DNA of 64,000 nucleotides from Deltaproteobacteria bacterium (lineage in GTDB: Bacteria; Myxococcota; Kuafuiibacteriia; Kuafuiibacteriales; Kuafuiibacteriaceae): positions 96,001 through 160,000 of the forward strand of contig JAVJQW010000050.1 in assembly GCA_040218735.1 (NCBI GenBank), in the 5' to 3' direction. Position numbers and translations under genes: made by a program. Shown here piece by piece: positions 1 through 10,782 of this stretch (its first letter is position 1; each line of letters opens with the position of its first letter). A model generated the notes under the pieces. That model saw only the letters and a program-made list of their open reading frames with translations, was not told the DNA's origin and did no database searches.

Positions 1-619
1 GCTCCGGGAACTCGGCCTTCAGTCGGTAGACGTCGTCGTAGCGGAGCGGCGGGATGGTGCGGTTCTCCTTCGGGCTCAGACCGTTCAACCACGCCTTGCG
101 CGCGTGCACCGCGAACTGCGTGCAGCCGCTCTTTGCTACCGTCGCAACGAAGTTGGCCATGTCCTCGTAACGGTCGAGCTCGTCCACGCCGATGCGATGT
201 TTCACCGTAACGGCGATGTTCGTCTTCGCGCGCATCGCCGCGACCCCTTTTGCGACGCGCTCCGGCGTCCGCATCAGGACCGCGCCGAAGCACCCGCTCT
301 GGACGCGGTCACTCGGGCACCCGACGTTGAGGTTGATCTCGTCGTAGCCGTAGTCCTCGGCGATCTTCGCAACCTCGGCGAGGTCCTTCGGGTCGTCCCC
401 GCCAACCTGCAGCGCCAGGAAGTGCTCCTCCGGGTCGTAGGCCAGGAGCTTGTCGCGCGGTCCGTTCAGGATGGCGTGGGTGGTCACCATCTCGGTATAG
501 AGGCGCACGTGGCGGCTGATCTGCCGCAGGAAGAACCGGTAGTGCCGGTCCGTCCGGTCCATCATCGGCGCGACGCTCAGCACGCCGGTACGGAATCGTT
601 CGGCGGCCTCGATTGTCAA
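1..619 (-). CDS. dusA: tRNA-dihydrouridine(20/20a) synthase DusA (3' end runs off window)
   Basis: Manual translation of the minus strand gives [21 protein letters not shown]...LYTEMV...[22 protein letters not shown]...[25 protein letters not shown], which are DusA motifs. The start (TTG at 619) is uncertain. Confidence 0.93.
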   Translation of the reverse strand, partial: MTIEAAERFRTGVLSVAPMMDRTDRHYRFFLRQISRHVRLYTEMVTTHAILNGPRDKLLAYDPEEHFLALQVGGDDPKDLAEVAKIAEDYGYDEINLNVGCPSDRVQSGCFGAVLMRTPERVAKGVAAMRAKTNIAVTVKHRIGVDELDRYEDMANFVATVAKSGCTQFAVHARKAWLNGLSPKENRTIPPLRYDDVYRLKAEFPE

Positions 620-638
620 TGATGTCGTCCGCCCGCTC

Positions 639-1775
639 ATGATCCTCGTCGTCGCGTTCGTCCTGCACTGCCTCATCGCGTATCGGCTCACCCGATTCGC
701 GCGGCCGCGCTGGTTCCGCGTCGCCCTCCCCGTCGCGCTGACCGTCCTGTACGTGCTGACGGCGCTCCTCCCGCTGTCGTGGCGCTTCCCGCTCGACTTC
801 ATCCCGAAGGGCGCGTGGCCCGCGCTGCGCTACGCGTCGTTCATCTCGATGGGCCTGTACTCGTTCGTCTTCACGCTGTTCGTGATCCGCGAGGTCTCCT
901 GGCTCCTCGCGCGGCGCGCGGCCCCCGCCGACCCGGAGCGACGCCGCGTCCTCCAACACGCGCTCAACCTCGGCGTCCTGGGCGGCGCCGCGACGGCGAC
1001 CGCGATCGGCTACCGCGAAGCACGGCAACGCGCGAAGGTGCTCCCGGTCGAGGTCCCGATCGCCGGCCTCGATCCGCGACTGGATGGCTTCACGATCGTG
1101 CAGCTCTCCGACGTCCACGTCGGCCACACGATCGGCCGCGACTACGTGCAGGCGATCGTCGACGGCGTGAACGAGCTCGACGCCGACCTCGTCGCGATCA
1201 CCGGCGACCTGATCGACGGCTCCGTCCCCGACCTCGCGCCGCACGTCGCCCCGCTCGGCGAGCTGCGCTCACGTCACGGCACGTTCTTCTGCACCGGCAA
1301 CCACGAGTACTACGCAGGCGCGCTCGAGTGGATCGCGGCGCTGAAGGGCCTCGGCATCCGCACCCTCGTCAACGAACACGTCGTCCTCGAAAAGGGCGGC
1401 GCCCCGCTCGCGCTCGGCGGCGTCGGCGACCACACGATGGGCCGCTACCTCGGCCACGAGCCACGCCCGAAGGACGCCTTCGCCGGCGCCCCCGAAGGCG
1501 CCCCGCGCATCCTCCTCGCGCACCAACCTCGCACCGCGTTCCTCGCCGCGAAGGCGGGCGTCGACCTCCAGCTCTCCGGACACACCCACGGCGGCCAGTT
1601 CTTCCCGTGGAACCTCGTCGTGTACTTCGTGCACCCCTTCGTGGCGGGCCTGGAGCGCGTGACGGAGCGGATGTGGATCTACGTGAGCCGGGGGACGGGG
1701 TACTTCGGGCCGCCGGTGCGGATGGGGGCCGATGCGGAGATCACCAGGATTACACTCAGAAGATCACAGCACTGA
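639..1775 (+). CDS. Membrane-anchored metallophosphoesterase (YkuE/YaeI-like)
   Basis: N-terminal TM helices; motifs [25 protein letters not shown]. Confidence 0.9.
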   Translation: MILVVAFVLHCLIAYRLTRFARPRWFRVALPVALTVLYVLTALLPLSWRFPLDFIPKGAWPALRYASFISMGLYSFVFTLFVIREVSWLLARRAAPADPERRRVLQHALNLGVLGGAATATAIGYREARQRAKVLPVEVPIAGLDPRLDGFTIVQLSDVHVGHTIGRDYVQAIVDGVNELDADLVAITGDLIDGSVPDLAPHVAPLGELRSRHGTFFCTGNHEYYAGALEWIAALKGLGIRTLVNEHVVLEKGGAPLALGGVGDHTMGRYLGHEPRPKDAFAGAPEGAPRILLAHQPRTAFLAAKAGVDLQLSGHTHGGQFFPWNLVVYFVHPFVAGLERVTERMWIYVSRGTGYFGPPVRMGADAEITRITLRRSQH

Positions 1776-1964
1776 CGATAGCCGTGTTGCCCTCCCTTGA
1801 ACTTGAACTTGCCCATGCCCTTGCCCTCCGTCTCAGCGCGCGCCTCACCCAGACGGTGGAATCGAAGATCGAAGTTCGACCTCACCCTTGCCCTGAATCT
1901 TCGCCGCTGAGGGCAAGGGCAAGGGCAAGGGCAAGGGCAAGGGGAGCTGGCTGACTTCGTCAGC
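1772..1964. repeat. Degenerate REP/REPIN-like element with (GGGCAA)n tract and terminal GCTGACTTCGTCAGC hairpin
   Basis: CCCTTGCCCT-type units on the left face about 5 tandem AGGGCA units on the right. The palindrome at 1950-1964 is identical to the one at 8596-8610. The element lies between convergent genes. Confidence 0.65.
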
Positions 1965-4900
1965 CGCTCACGGGCGCAATCGTACTATGCCTCCGCCTCG
2001 CCTTGTTCCCCGCCGTGTTCCCCGTCAGCTCCACCAGCTCCCTCAGCCTTCGCGCCAGCGTCGAGAACAACCCGTTCACGACGCCCGGCCTATCCGCGAT
2101 CAGATCCAGGAACGGGTCGCGCTGCAGCACCAGGTAGTCGACGCCCTCGTCACCGGCCTCCGCCGTCACGGGGCGCGGCCCGCTGTCGAGGATCGACACC
2201 TGCCCGAACGAGTCCCCGGCGTACAGGTCCATCAGTGGCTCGTCGCCGCGGTACAGGTGCACCTCGCCCGACGCGATGATGTACATCGAGTCGCCGGGGT
2301 CGCCCTCGCGGTAGACGACCTCGCGCGGGGACGCGTGCCCCTCGGTCGTGAGCGCGGCGACCGCGGCGAGGTCGTCGACGGAGAGGCCGTGGAAGAGCTG
2401 GACGCCCTCCAGGACGAACACACGGTCGATGATGGCCTTGGGCATGAGCGGTTCTCCTTGTGTGGGCTCGCGGACCTCGGGGGGCTCCTCGCCCTCCCGC
2501 TTCAGCGTCTCCCACGCGATCATCGCGATCTGGATGTCGCGACCCTCCACCAGCGTGTACGCGCGGTGGCGCGCCTGATTTCCGACGGCGCTCGGCAGCG
2601 CCTTCTCCAAACACTCGAGCACCTCTTGGCGGAGCTCGTGGCCCGCGAGCGTCACGTCGACGAGCTCCACGGAGTCGGCGTAGCTCCCCTCCACGAACCC
2701 GCGGTAGGCGTTGTCCATCGCCTCCGGGTCCGTGACGAGGCCGAGCACCCGTAGCGCGTCCTCGAGGTTCTGCGTGACACGATCTTCCACCGCGCGCGTG
2801 AGCAGGCGGTACGGTGGCCCGCCCGCCGCGAGGTCCAACGCGATCGGCTGGTAGTGCGCGTAAGCGCGCAGGCGCCGCATCGCGGCCTCCTCGATGCGCT
2901 TCGGGTCGAAGGCGATGCTGCGGTCGTGACGACGCAAGCGGCTCGTCTGCTCGATGATGACGTGCCTCAGGTACGCATCGTCGTTCACGTTCGAATAGAG
3001 CATCGCGTTCGCGGAGTTCTGCGTGCCGATGCGCCGCAGGATCCGCGGCAGGTGCACGCGCAGCTCCAACGGCTGACGACGGTCGTCGAGCGCGCCACGC
3101 ACCAGCGGCACCACCGAGTCCCCGTACGCGGCGAGCGAGTCGATGACCTGCCGCCGCGCCGGTCGATCGAACAAGCGGTAGAGCAACTTCGGCGGCAGGC
3201 TCGGGTCCTGCGCGAGCGCCGCCGCTTCGACGGCGGCGATGCGCACCGTGGGATCCGGATCGTCGAGGAACGTCGCCAACCGCCTCGCGTACGGCCCCGG
3301 CCCGAGGTGGCCGATCATCCGCGCGAGCTCGCGGCGCTCCTCCACCGGGCCACGACGCCCGTGGCTGAAGAGCTCCGCGAGCGCCCCCTCGGCGATGCGC
3401 CGCTCGCCCGCGTCGTCCGACGACAACAGCGCGCTGATCGCCGCGCACGACAGACCGAGATCGTGCTCCCCCTCCGGCGCCTCCAACACCCCGATCAACG
3501 CGCGCCGCGCCGCGACGGGATCGACGTGCTCCAGCGCGCGCGCGGCCTGCGCCGTCGGGCGAACGCCGTCGCTCGCGAGGACTCGCTCCAGCAGGGGCAC
3601 GTGCGCCGGGTCGGGGCGCTCGTCCATGATCTCGATCGTCCGCACGCGCACGTGTTCGCTCGCGTGCGCGAGCAGACGCTCGTAGAACGGCGACAGATCG
3701 ATGTCGGGGTGCCGGGCGAGCACGTTCAGCGCCGCGATGACCTTGCCGGGATCCGGGTCGTCGAGCGTGGCGATCAGCTTGGCGCGCGTGCTCTTGTCAC
3801 TCGCGTCGATCGTCACCGCCATCGCACCCGCGCGCCTGCCGATCTTCTCCTCGAGCGCGCGCAGGTACCCGCCGCGCAGCGAGTTGAGCCACAGCAGGAT
3901 GAGCACGGAGAACGCGATGACGATACCGAGCAGTAGACCGCGATCGATCCCCGCCCCGAACACCAACAGCACGATGCCGCCGACCGCCCCACCCATCTTC
4001 TTGATGGCGCCGTCGACCAGCGCGCGCACCGAGTCGCGCATCGCCGTGGGCATCGGGTTGTAGAGCAGCTGCAGCCCGGGCTGGTTGAGCGACAGGCTGC
4101 CCATCATCTCGATCGTCTTCAGCGCGAAGATCGGCAGGAACACCGTGGGCACCGCGATCGCCCACGACCCCGCGGCGAGGCAGAGGATCGGCACGACGGA
4201 GAGGAAGACGAACACCCCGAGGCGCCGCAGCAGCCGCCCCGTCACGAGCACCTGAAAGAGGATCGCACCGACACCGACCACGGCGTTCAGCACACCGAAC
4301 AGCCCCGCGAGCGAGGCTTCGTCGCCGCTCTCCGCGAGCACGGCGCCCGTCCGGAAGACGTAGTCCACCGCGGCGGTCTGCACCGCGAGCAACAGCACCA
4401 GCAGCGCGACGCCGCGCGGGAATCGGTCGCGCGCGGCGTAGGTGAGGCCCTCCGAGAACGAGATCTTCTTGCGGCGAATCGCACGCGCGCCGACCTCCTT
4501 GCCGAGCAGCGGGCGAATCGTCATCAGCGTGGCGGCGCCGAAGAAACACCAGACGACGCTGGGCATCACGTCGACGAGGCCGCGCACCATCAGGCCGCCG
4601 AGCACCGCGCCCGCCATCCCGGCCGCGGCGATCGCGCCGAAGACCCGCTTCGCGCTGCGGACGTCGAAGACCTCGCCGAGGCGCGCCCAGAACAAGACCG
4701 ACAGCGCCGTCGCGTAGACCTCGCCGACCACGTAGAGCACCCCCAGCGCCGGACGGAAGTCGATCGCGGCGAGTACGGAGAGCACGCCGAGGATCACCGC
4801 GGTGATGAGGATCGCCGCGCGGAGCACCGGCTTCGACGGCATCTCCACGAGGCGTTTGCCGAGGTAGATCGTGACGAGCGTGATCGCGACCGCCGTCGAC

Positions 4901-5094
4901 AGGTAGAGGTACGGCAGGTGGGACGCGTCCTCGCGCGCGAGGTACAGCGCGTTGGTCGCGCTCTTCACGGTCGTCACGCCCGCGACGAACACGAAGTAGA
5001 ACATCCCGGCGCGGATCATCGAACGCGCGCGCACCCCCGACACCGCGTACACCCGCGCCAGGTGCGCGATCATCGGCGAGTGGGCCGGGTCCAT
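1960..5094 (-). CDS. Npt/TLC-family nucleotide transporter fused to HEAT repeats and a C-terminal cyclic-nucleotide-binding domain
   Basis: About 12 TM segments with FWARLGEVFDVRSAKRVFG; HEAT-like repeats (LDDPDPTVRIAAVEA); cNMP domain (EGDPGDSMYII...GDSFGQVSILDSGPRPVTA). Start approximate. Confidence 0.8.
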   Translation of the reverse strand: MDPAHSPMIAHLARVYAVSGVRARSMIRAGMFYFVFVAGVTTVKSATNALYLAREDASHLPYLYLSTAVAITLVTIYLGKRLVEMPSKPVLRAAILITAVILGVLSVLAAIDFRPALGVLYVVGEVYATALSVLFWARLGEVFDVRSAKRVFGAIAAAGMAGAVLGGLMVRGLVDVMPSVVWCFFGAATLMTIRPLLGKEVGARAIRRKKISFSEGLTYAARDRFPRGVALLVLLLAVQTAAVDYVFRTGAVLAESGDEASLAGLFGVLNAVVGVGAILFQVLVTGRLLRRLGVFVFLSVVPILCLAAGSWAIAVPTVFLPIFALKTIEMMGSLSLNQPGLQLLYNPMPTAMRDSVRALVDGAIKKMGGAVGGIVLLVFGAGIDRGLLLGIVIAFSVLILLWLNSLRGGYLRALEEKIGRRAGAMAVTIDASDKSTRAKLIATLDDPDPGKVIAALNVLARHPDIDLSPFYERLLAHASEHVRVRTIEIMDERPDPAHVPLLERVLASDGVRPTAQAARALEHVDPVAARRALIGVLEAPEGEHDLGLSCAAISALLSSDDAGERRIAEGALAELFSHGRRGPVEERRELARMIGHLGPGPYARRLATFLDDPDPTVRIAAVEAAALAQDPSLPPKLLYRLFDRPARRQVIDSLAAYGDSVVPLVRGALDDRRQPLELRVHLPRILRRIGTQNSANAMLYSNVNDDAYLRHVIIEQTSRLRRHDRSIAFDPKRIEEAAMRRLRAYAHYQPIALDLAAGGPPYRLLTRAVEDRVTQNLEDALRVLGLVTDPEAMDNAYRGFVEGSYADSVELVDVTLAGHELRQEVLECLEKALPSAVGNQARHRAYTLVEGRDIQIAMIAWETLKREGEEPPEVREPTQGEPLMPKAIIDRVFVLEGVQLFHGLSVDDLAAVAALTTEGHASPREVVYREGDPGDSMYIIASGEVHLYRGDEPLMDLYAGDSFGQVSILDSGPRPVTAEAGDEGVDYLVLQRDPFLDLIADRPGVVNGLFSTLARRLRELVELTGNTAGNKARRRHSTIAPVSG

Positions 5095-5101
5095 CACTTC
5101 G

Positions 5102-6691
5102 TCAGGCTCCGATGACCTGGGGGCGCCAACGCCTGCGCAACGTCGGCGCCGGCACGAGCCGCTCGAATCCACTGAAACGAACGCGCTCGGAAGTGGGTTT
5201 CAGCGCCTTCTTCCACGCGGCGAGCGTCGCCCCGGCGTCGGTCGCCGCGACGGCCGCGGCGGCGTGCTGGAAGCCCCCCTGCGCGAGGCGGTACTCCACG
5301 TACGCTTCACGCGCGCCGGGCCCGCGGAGCGTCACACGCGTGCCGACGAACGCGCGCTCGAGCTTCGAGAGGATCCGCCGGATCTGGGCTTCACCGGCGA
5401 ACGGGGCATCAGCGAGCGGCGTGTGGAACTTCGGAACGAACGGCGACACACCGAGCACCACCGGGAGTGTCTTCGCGAGAGACTTCGCGAAGCGCACGAG
5501 CTCTTGCCGATCCTCGTCCGTCTCCCCCGGGAGGCCGACGATCACGTAGAGCTTGAGGTGCCGCATGCCGTGTTGCTTCGCGAGCGCGGCGGCGTTCTCG
5601 ACGTGGCGATCCTTCAGATTCTTTTCGATGGAATCTCTGAGCCGCGTGCTGGCAGCGTCGAGCGCGACGGTCATCGACCGGTACCCGCCGCGGTGGAGCA
5701 GCCCGACGAAGGTGTCGTCGAGCCGGTCCGCGCGCAAGCTGGAGATGCCGATGCGGAGGCCCCGCTCGTCGACGAGGCGCCCGAGGATCTCCTTGATGCC
5801 CGGGTGGTCCGTCACCGCCGCACCGACGAGCCCGACACGTTCGGCGTCTTCGGGCACGAGACGATCCACGACGTCGGGCGGGACGAGCCGCATCCCTCCG
5901 TTCGTGGAGCGACGCATCACACAGAACGTGCACCCGCGGTGACAGCCGCGCTCCGGCTCGATGAGCACCATGTTCGACAGCTCGGTGTTCGCGGTGCGGA
6001 GCGTCGACACCGCGGGCAGCAAGTCATCCGGCGCTTGCGCGATCGGCGGGAGCGTCTCGCCGTGCACCGAGGGGACGAAGAACCCCGGCTCGTCCGCGAG
6101 CTGCTCGAGCATCGCGCGGCGCGCCGCGGCGTCTCCGCGCGCGGCCTCGGGGCGCTCTTCGAGCCGCGAGAGCAGCAGCGGCCAGGCGGCTTCGGCCTCG
6201 CCGAGGATCAGGACGTCCGCGAACGGTGCAGAAGGGAGCGGGTTGGAGAAGGTGATCGGCCCGCCGAGCACGACGAGCGGGTCGGCCGGATCGCGGTCCG
6301 CCGCGAGGGGCGCGTAGCCCGCGAGGCGAAGGACGCGCACGACCCCCGCGAGCTCGAGCTCGTACGCCTGCGAGATCGCGATGACGTGGGCCTCACCGGC
6401 CGGCTGCTGTCGCTCGACGGTGAGCAACGGCGTGTGGGTGTGTGCGTAGACCTCCAGCTCGTCGGGTGTGGGGAGGAACGCTCGGTCGCACCGCGTCAAA
6501 GGGCGCGCGTTGGCGAGCCGGTGCACCTGCAGAAAGCCGAGGCTCGACATCCCGACGTGGTACGGGCTCGGATACGCGAGCACGACGGACAGCGGCGCCT
6601 CCGCGCGCTTCGTCGCCAAACCGCGCTCCGCGTCGCGCAGCGCGGCGAGGCCGCGCATGAGATCGAAGTCCAAGGGATCCCCAGCCTGCAC
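5102..6691 (-). CDS. Radical SAM protein (B12-binding-like N-domain)
   Basis: CxxxCxxC motif in ERGCHRGCTFC; AYPSPYHVGMSSLGF; SSLRAD; KLYVIVGLPGE. Confidence 0.85.
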   Translation of the reverse strand: MQAGDPLDFDLMRGLAALRDAERGLATKRAEAPLSVVLAYPSPYHVGMSSLGFLQVHRLANARPLTRCDRAFLPTPDELEVYAHTHTPLLTVERQQPAGEAHVIAISQAYELELAGVVRVLRLAGYAPLAADRDPADPLVVLGGPITFSNPLPSAPFADVLILGEAEAAWPLLLSRLEERPEAARGDAAARRAMLEQLADEPGFFVPSVHGETLPPIAQAPDDLLPAVSTLRTANTELSNMVLIEPERGCHRGCTFCVMRRSTNGGMRLVPPDVVDRLVPEDAERVGLVGAAVTDHPGIKEILGRLVDERGLRIGISSLRADRLDDTFVGLLHRGGYRSMTVALDAASTRLRDSIEKNLKDRHVENAAALAKQHGMRHLKLYVIVGLPGETDEDRQELVRFAKSLAKTLPVVLGVSPFVPKFHTPLADAPFAGEAQIRRILSKLERAFVGTRVTLRGPGAREAYVEYRLAQGGFQHAAAAVAATDAGATLAAWKKALKPTSERVRFSGFERLVPAPTLRRRWRPQVIGA

Positions 6692-6759
6692 GGTTAGTCA
6701 CACGTTGGACACAAATCAACGTTCTCACGGCCTATGCAGGGGGTATACTCCACGGCCCC

Positions 6760-7893
6760 GTGAGCGCGCGGTTCGGACATATCTTCCGGTGGGACCTCGA
6801 CAAGACCTACCTGAAGACCGAGTTCGAGACGATCCGCGACCTGGTCCGCACCGCCCGCCTCTCCGCCGAGGAGCGCGAGAACATCCCGGGCTCCGCGGCG
6901 CTCATCCGGGCGATGCGCGACCTCGCCCCCGCGGACGCCAAACACCGCGTCTTCTTCATCTCCGGCTCCCCCGAGCAGCTCCGCACGGTGATCGAGAAGA
7001 AGTTCGCGCTCGACGGCTTCGTCCCGGACGGCTTCGTCCTCAAACCCACCGTGCAGAACATCCTGCGCGGGCGCTTCCGCGCCGTCCGCGGGCAGGTCGG
7101 CTACAAGCTGTTGATGCTCCTCGCGGGGCGCGGCGATGCCCCGATCGGATCGAAGGAGACCCTCTTCGGCGACGACGCCGAGAGTGACGCGTACATCTAC
7201 TCGCTGTACTCGGACGTCATCGCCGGGAAGGTACCCGCCCCCGAGCTGGAGAAGATCCTCAAGGCGACCGGCTGTTACTCCGCGCAGATCAAGGAGATCC
7301 AAGAAGCGCTGGAAGCCATCGTCCGCGAGGACCCCGTGCAGCGGATCATCATCCACCTCGACCAGCGAACGCCGCCGATCGCGTTCTCGCCGTTCTTCCC
7401 GCGTGTCGTGCCGATCTACAACCACGTGCAGACCGCGATCGTGCTGTGCCTCGACGAGACCCTCCCGGTCGCCGCGGTGCGCACGGTGTCGCGCGACCTC
7501 ATCGCGCACTACGGCTTCGACGAGCAGCGCATCGCCAACCTCGCGGAGGACATCCTCCGGCGCCGCCGCACGTACCTCGGCGCGGCGACCCTCGACACCT
7601 TCGCGACGGCGGTCCGCGAGCTGCCGGAGTACCCGCCGCGCGAGGACGAGGCCGAAGAGGCGCTCGACGCCCGCGTCAACGAGCTCATGGAGCAGGTCGC
7701 CGCCCGCGCCGACTACCTCGGCGCGCGCCCGTTGACCGAAGACCTCACGCCGCTCGCGCCCCGGAGCGACTACCTGGAGTTGTGGGCGCTCGAACAGGAG
7801 CGCCGCGAGGAAGCGAAGCGCGCGAAGAAGCTCGCGGCGAAGATCTCCCGCGACGAAGAGCGCGCCGCGGCCGCCGCGAAGACCGAGTCCTGA
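6760..7893 (+). CDS. HAD-like phosphatase-domain protein (App1/DUF2183-like)
   Basis: WDLDKTY (DxDxT), FISGSP, FGDDAESD. Confidence 0.7.
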   Translation: MSARFGHIFRWDLDKTYLKTEFETIRDLVRTARLSAEERENIPGSAALIRAMRDLAPADAKHRVFFISGSPEQLRTVIEKKFALDGFVPDGFVLKPTVQNILRGRFRAVRGQVGYKLLMLLAGRGDAPIGSKETLFGDDAESDAYIYSLYSDVIAGKVPAPELEKILKATGCYSAQIKEIQEALEAIVREDPVQRIIIHLDQRTPPIAFSPFFPRVVPIYNHVQTAIVLCLDETLPVAAVRTVSRDLIAHYGFDEQRIANLAEDILRRRRTYLGAATLDTFATAVRELPEYPPREDEAEEALDARVNELMEQVAARADYLGARPLTEDLTPLAPRSDYLELWALEQERREEAKRAKKLAAKISRDEERAAAAAKTES

Positions 7894-7928
7894 TCACCAA
7901 CCTCGGTCGCTCGGTTGTAGGCGTCGGC

Positions 7929-8384
7929 GTGCGGCGCCTCTGGTTCATCGTCCTACCCCTCATCGTCGCGTGCGGCGGTCGCTTCGGTGACGAGTGCTCC
8001 GCGCCACCGCCGGATCCCGGCGACCCCTCGGTCGTGGCGACGATCGAAGGCGTGGGTTACCGGTCCACGGACATCATCACGTGCGAGAACGGCGATCAGG
8101 CGGTCCTCCTCACCGGCACCGGGACGATCACGCCGCCCGAGAGCTGGCTGTTCGACACCCGCGACGACCTCGCGATGAGCCGCGTCCACCTGACGCAGGT
8201 CGGCCGCGGCGAGCCCTGCGACGCGGCGGCGGAGGGCTGGTACGTCGAAGCCGAGACGTGGGCCGCGACGGCTTACGTCGTGGAGCTGCTGGGTCCGCGC
8301 ATCGCGAACGAACGCCTTGATCTGACCGTCGCGATCTACGCGCGGGGGCGGTTGGAGTTCTGTCCGGACCAGCAGGGGCGCTGA
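7929..8384 (+). CDS. Hypothetical lipoprotein
   Basis: GTG start, VRRLWFIVLPLIVAC lipobox. Confidence 0.55.
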   Translation: MRRLWFIVLPLIVACGGRFGDECSAPPPDPGDPSVVATIEGVGYRSTDIITCENGDQAVLLTGTGTITPPESWLFDTRDDLAMSRVHLTQVGRGEPCDAAAEGWYVEAETWAATAYVVELLGPRIANERLDLTVAIYARGRLEFCPDQQGR

Positions 8385-8610
8385 CGAAGTCAGCCCCTGC
8401 CCCTTGCCCGAGCCCTCGCCCCAGCCCCTGCCCTCGATGCAGGGAAAGGGCTCCTGACTCATCCGTCACGCGCCATGCGCTATGACCATCCCTTGCCCGA
8501 TACGGATCGTTGCCCTGGTTCACCCGCACCGCCATGACTTCGGACGTGCATGGAGGGCACGGGCTGGGGCGAGGGCTCGGGCAAGGGGCAGACCGGCTGA
8601 CTTCGTCAGC
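8380..8610. repeat. REPIN/MITE-like element with ~62-bp imperfect terminal inverted repeats
   Basis: 8380-8441 (GCTGACGAAGTCAGCCCCTGCCCCTTGCCCGAGCCCTCGCCCCAGCCCCTGCCCTCGATGCA) matches the reverse complement of 8547-8610 with few mismatches. Each arm ends in the hairpin GCTGAC-GAA-GTCAGC. Confidence 0.85.
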
Positions 8611-8615
8611 GTCTG

Positions 8616-8930
8616 CTAACCGTGGAGGTCCTGCAACTCATCCACGTTGACGGAGTTTCGCGCGCGGAACACCGCGATGATGATCGCGAGGCCCACCGCG
8701 ACTTCCGCGGCGGCGACCGCCATCACCAAGAACACGTAGATGTGCCCGGCGGCGTCGCCGTGGTGGCGCGCGAAGGTGACCAGGGCGAGGTTCGCGGCGT
8801 TGAGCATCAGCTCGATGCACATGAACACCACGATGGCGTTGCGGCGGATCAGGACCCCCGCGGCGCCGATCGAGAACAGGATCACCGACAGGTAGAGGTA
8901 GTGTTCGACCGGGATCGTCGGGGTGATCAT
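8616..8930 (-). CDS. nuoK: NADH-quinone oxidoreductase subunit K
   Basis: [20 protein letters not shown]; [12 protein letters not shown]. Confidence 0.95.
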   Translation of the reverse strand: MITPTIPVEHYLYLSVILFSIGAAGVLIRRNAIVVFMCIELMLNAANLALVTFARHHGDAAGHIYVFLVMAVAAAEVAVGLAIIIAVFRARNSVNVDELQDLHG

Positions 8931-9445
8931 GACGCCTTCCTCTTCTTCGTCACCACCACCGCGCCCACGATGCCCGCCAGCAGCAGGATGCTCGTGATCT
9001 CGAAGTGGAAGAGGAAGTTGTCGAAGAACTCGTGGCCGATGCTCTGCACCGACCCGAAGCCTTCCGGCAGCTCCGCGGAGCCGGCGAGCGGCGCCGAGCG
9101 GATCGCCGAGACCAACGCGTAGGCCACGACGAGCACCGAACCGAGCTTCACCGGGAGCGCCACGCGCGCCGCCAACGTCGGCCGCACCACGGGGGCGTCC
9201 TTGTTCTCCACCAACATGATGACGAAGACGAACAGCACCATGATGGCGCCCGCGTAGACGAGCACCTCCAGCACCGCGATGAGCTCCGCGCTCTGCAGCA
9301 AGAACAGACACGCGAGGCAGAAGAACGACACGATGAGCGACATCGCCGACTTCACCGGATCGGAGAGCGACACCACGAGGATCGCCGACACGATCGACAC
9401 GACCGAGAACAGCGCGAACAGGAAGATTTCAGGTGTGAGTCCCAA
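8927..9445 (-). CDS. nuoJ: NADH-quinone oxidoreductase subunit J
   Basis: [19 protein letters not shown]; [16 protein letters not shown]. Confidence 0.95.
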   Translation of the reverse strand: MGLTPEIFLFALFSVVSIVSAILVVSLSDPVKSAMSLIVSFFCLACLFLLQSAELIAVLEVLVYAGAIMVLFVFVIMLVENKDAPVVRPTLAARVALPVKLGSVLVVAYALVSAIRSAPLAGSAELPEGFGSVQSIGHEFFDNFLFHFEITSILLLAGIVGAVVVTKKRKAS

Positions 9446-9454
9446 GTTCGCCCC

Positions 9455-10780
9455 CTACGCCACCACGCCCGACATCGCGACGGCGCGCACCTCGATCGGC
9501 CCGTGCGGACAACGCCCGAGGCGGACGTGCTCGATGAACTCGTCGCGGAACTTCTTCAGGTAGCTGCGCGCCGGCCAGGCCAACGCCTCGCCGAAGGCGC
9601 AGATCGTGTGGCCCTCGATCTTCGACGCGATCGACTCGATCCGATCCACATCCGCGTCCGTCGCCTGCCCGGCTTCGATGCGCGTCAGGATCTTGAACAG
9701 CCAGTCACCACCCTCGCGGCACGGCGTGCACTGCCCGCACGACTCGTGCGCGTAGAACCGCTCGACCCGCTTCAGCAGCCGCACGATGCACGTGCCCTCT
9801 TCGATCACCGTCGGACAGCCGGTGCCCATCAGGCTGCCGACCGTCTTCATCGCGTCGAAGTCGTAGCCGACGTCGATCTCGTGGGGCAGAAGAATCGGAC
9901 ACGAAGACCCGCCCGGGATGACCGCCTTCAAGGGCCGCTCGGGGTTCCGCATCCCGCCCGCGAGGTCGTAGATGACCTGCTTGAGCGTCAGGCCCCCCGG
10001 CACCTCGTAGACCCCCGGCTTCGCGACGTGGCCGGAGACACCGACCAACTTCGTTCCGCCCTCGGCATCGGTGTACGAGAGGCTCTTCCACCAGTCGGCG
10101 CCCTTCGCGACGATCGGCCCCACCGCCGAGAGCGTCTCCACGTTGTTCACCACCGTCGGGCACGCAAACGCCCCCTCGACCGCGGGGAACGGCGGCTTCA
10201 AACGCGGCTGACCCTTGCGCCCCTCGAGCGACTCGAGCAGCGCGGTCTCCTCGCCACAGATGTACGCGCCGGCGCCGCGGTGCAGGTAGATGTCGAGCGG
10301 GTAGCCCGTGCCGAGCACCGACTTGCCGAGCACACCCTTCGCGTACGCTTCGTCGAGCGCCGCCTGCATCCGCGTGGCCGCGAGCCCGAACTCACCGCGC
10401 ACGTAGATGTACGCGGTGTTCGCGCCGATCGCCTTGCACGTGATCGCGGTGCCCTCGATCAGCTGATGGGGATCGCGCTCCATGATGTAGCGATCCTTGA
10501 ACGTCCCCGGCTCCGACTCGTCCGCGTTGACCGCGACGTACTTCGGCTTGGGGCTGTCCTTCGGCACGAACGACCACTTGCGACCGGCCGGGAAACCGGC
10601 GCCGCCGCGACCACGGAGCTTGGCGTCGATCACCAGCTGGATGATGTCCGCCGGCTCCATCGCGAGCGCCTTCTTCAGCGCGTCGTAGCCGCCGTTGCTC
10701 GTGAAGACGTCGTAGGTGTGGCTGTTCGGCTTGTCCCAGTTCTTGGAGAAGACGCGCTCGGCTGGCTCTACGTTCACCAT
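9455..10780 (-). CDS. nuoF: NADH-quinone oxidoreductase subunit F
   Basis: LRGRGGAGFP, NADESEPGTFKDR, GAGAYICGEETAL, HESCGQCTPCREG; ATG at 10780. Confidence 0.96.
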   Translation of the reverse strand: MVNVEPAERVFSKNWDKPNSHTYDVFTSNGGYDALKKALAMEPADIIQLVIDAKLRGRGGAGFPAGRKWSFVPKDSPKPKYVAVNADESEPGTFKDRYIMERDPHQLIEGTAITCKAIGANTAYIYVRGEFGLAATRMQAALDEAYAKGVLGKSVLGTGYPLDIYLHRGAGAYICGEETALLESLEGRKGQPRLKPPFPAVEGAFACPTVVNNVETLSAVGPIVAKGADWWKSLSYTDAEGGTKLVGVSGHVAKPGVYEVPGGLTLKQVIYDLAGGMRNPERPLKAVIPGGSSCPILLPHEIDVGYDFDAMKTVGSLMGTGCPTVIEEGTCIVRLLKRVERFYAHESCGQCTPCREGGDWLFKILTRIEAGQATDADVDRIESIASKIEGHTICAFGEALAWPARSYLKKFRDEFIEHVRLGRCPHGPIEVRAVAMSGVVA

Positions 10781-10782
10781 CG

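Noticed and set aside
104-622. Plus-strand 172-aa ORF
   Set aside because: Antisense shadow of dusA.
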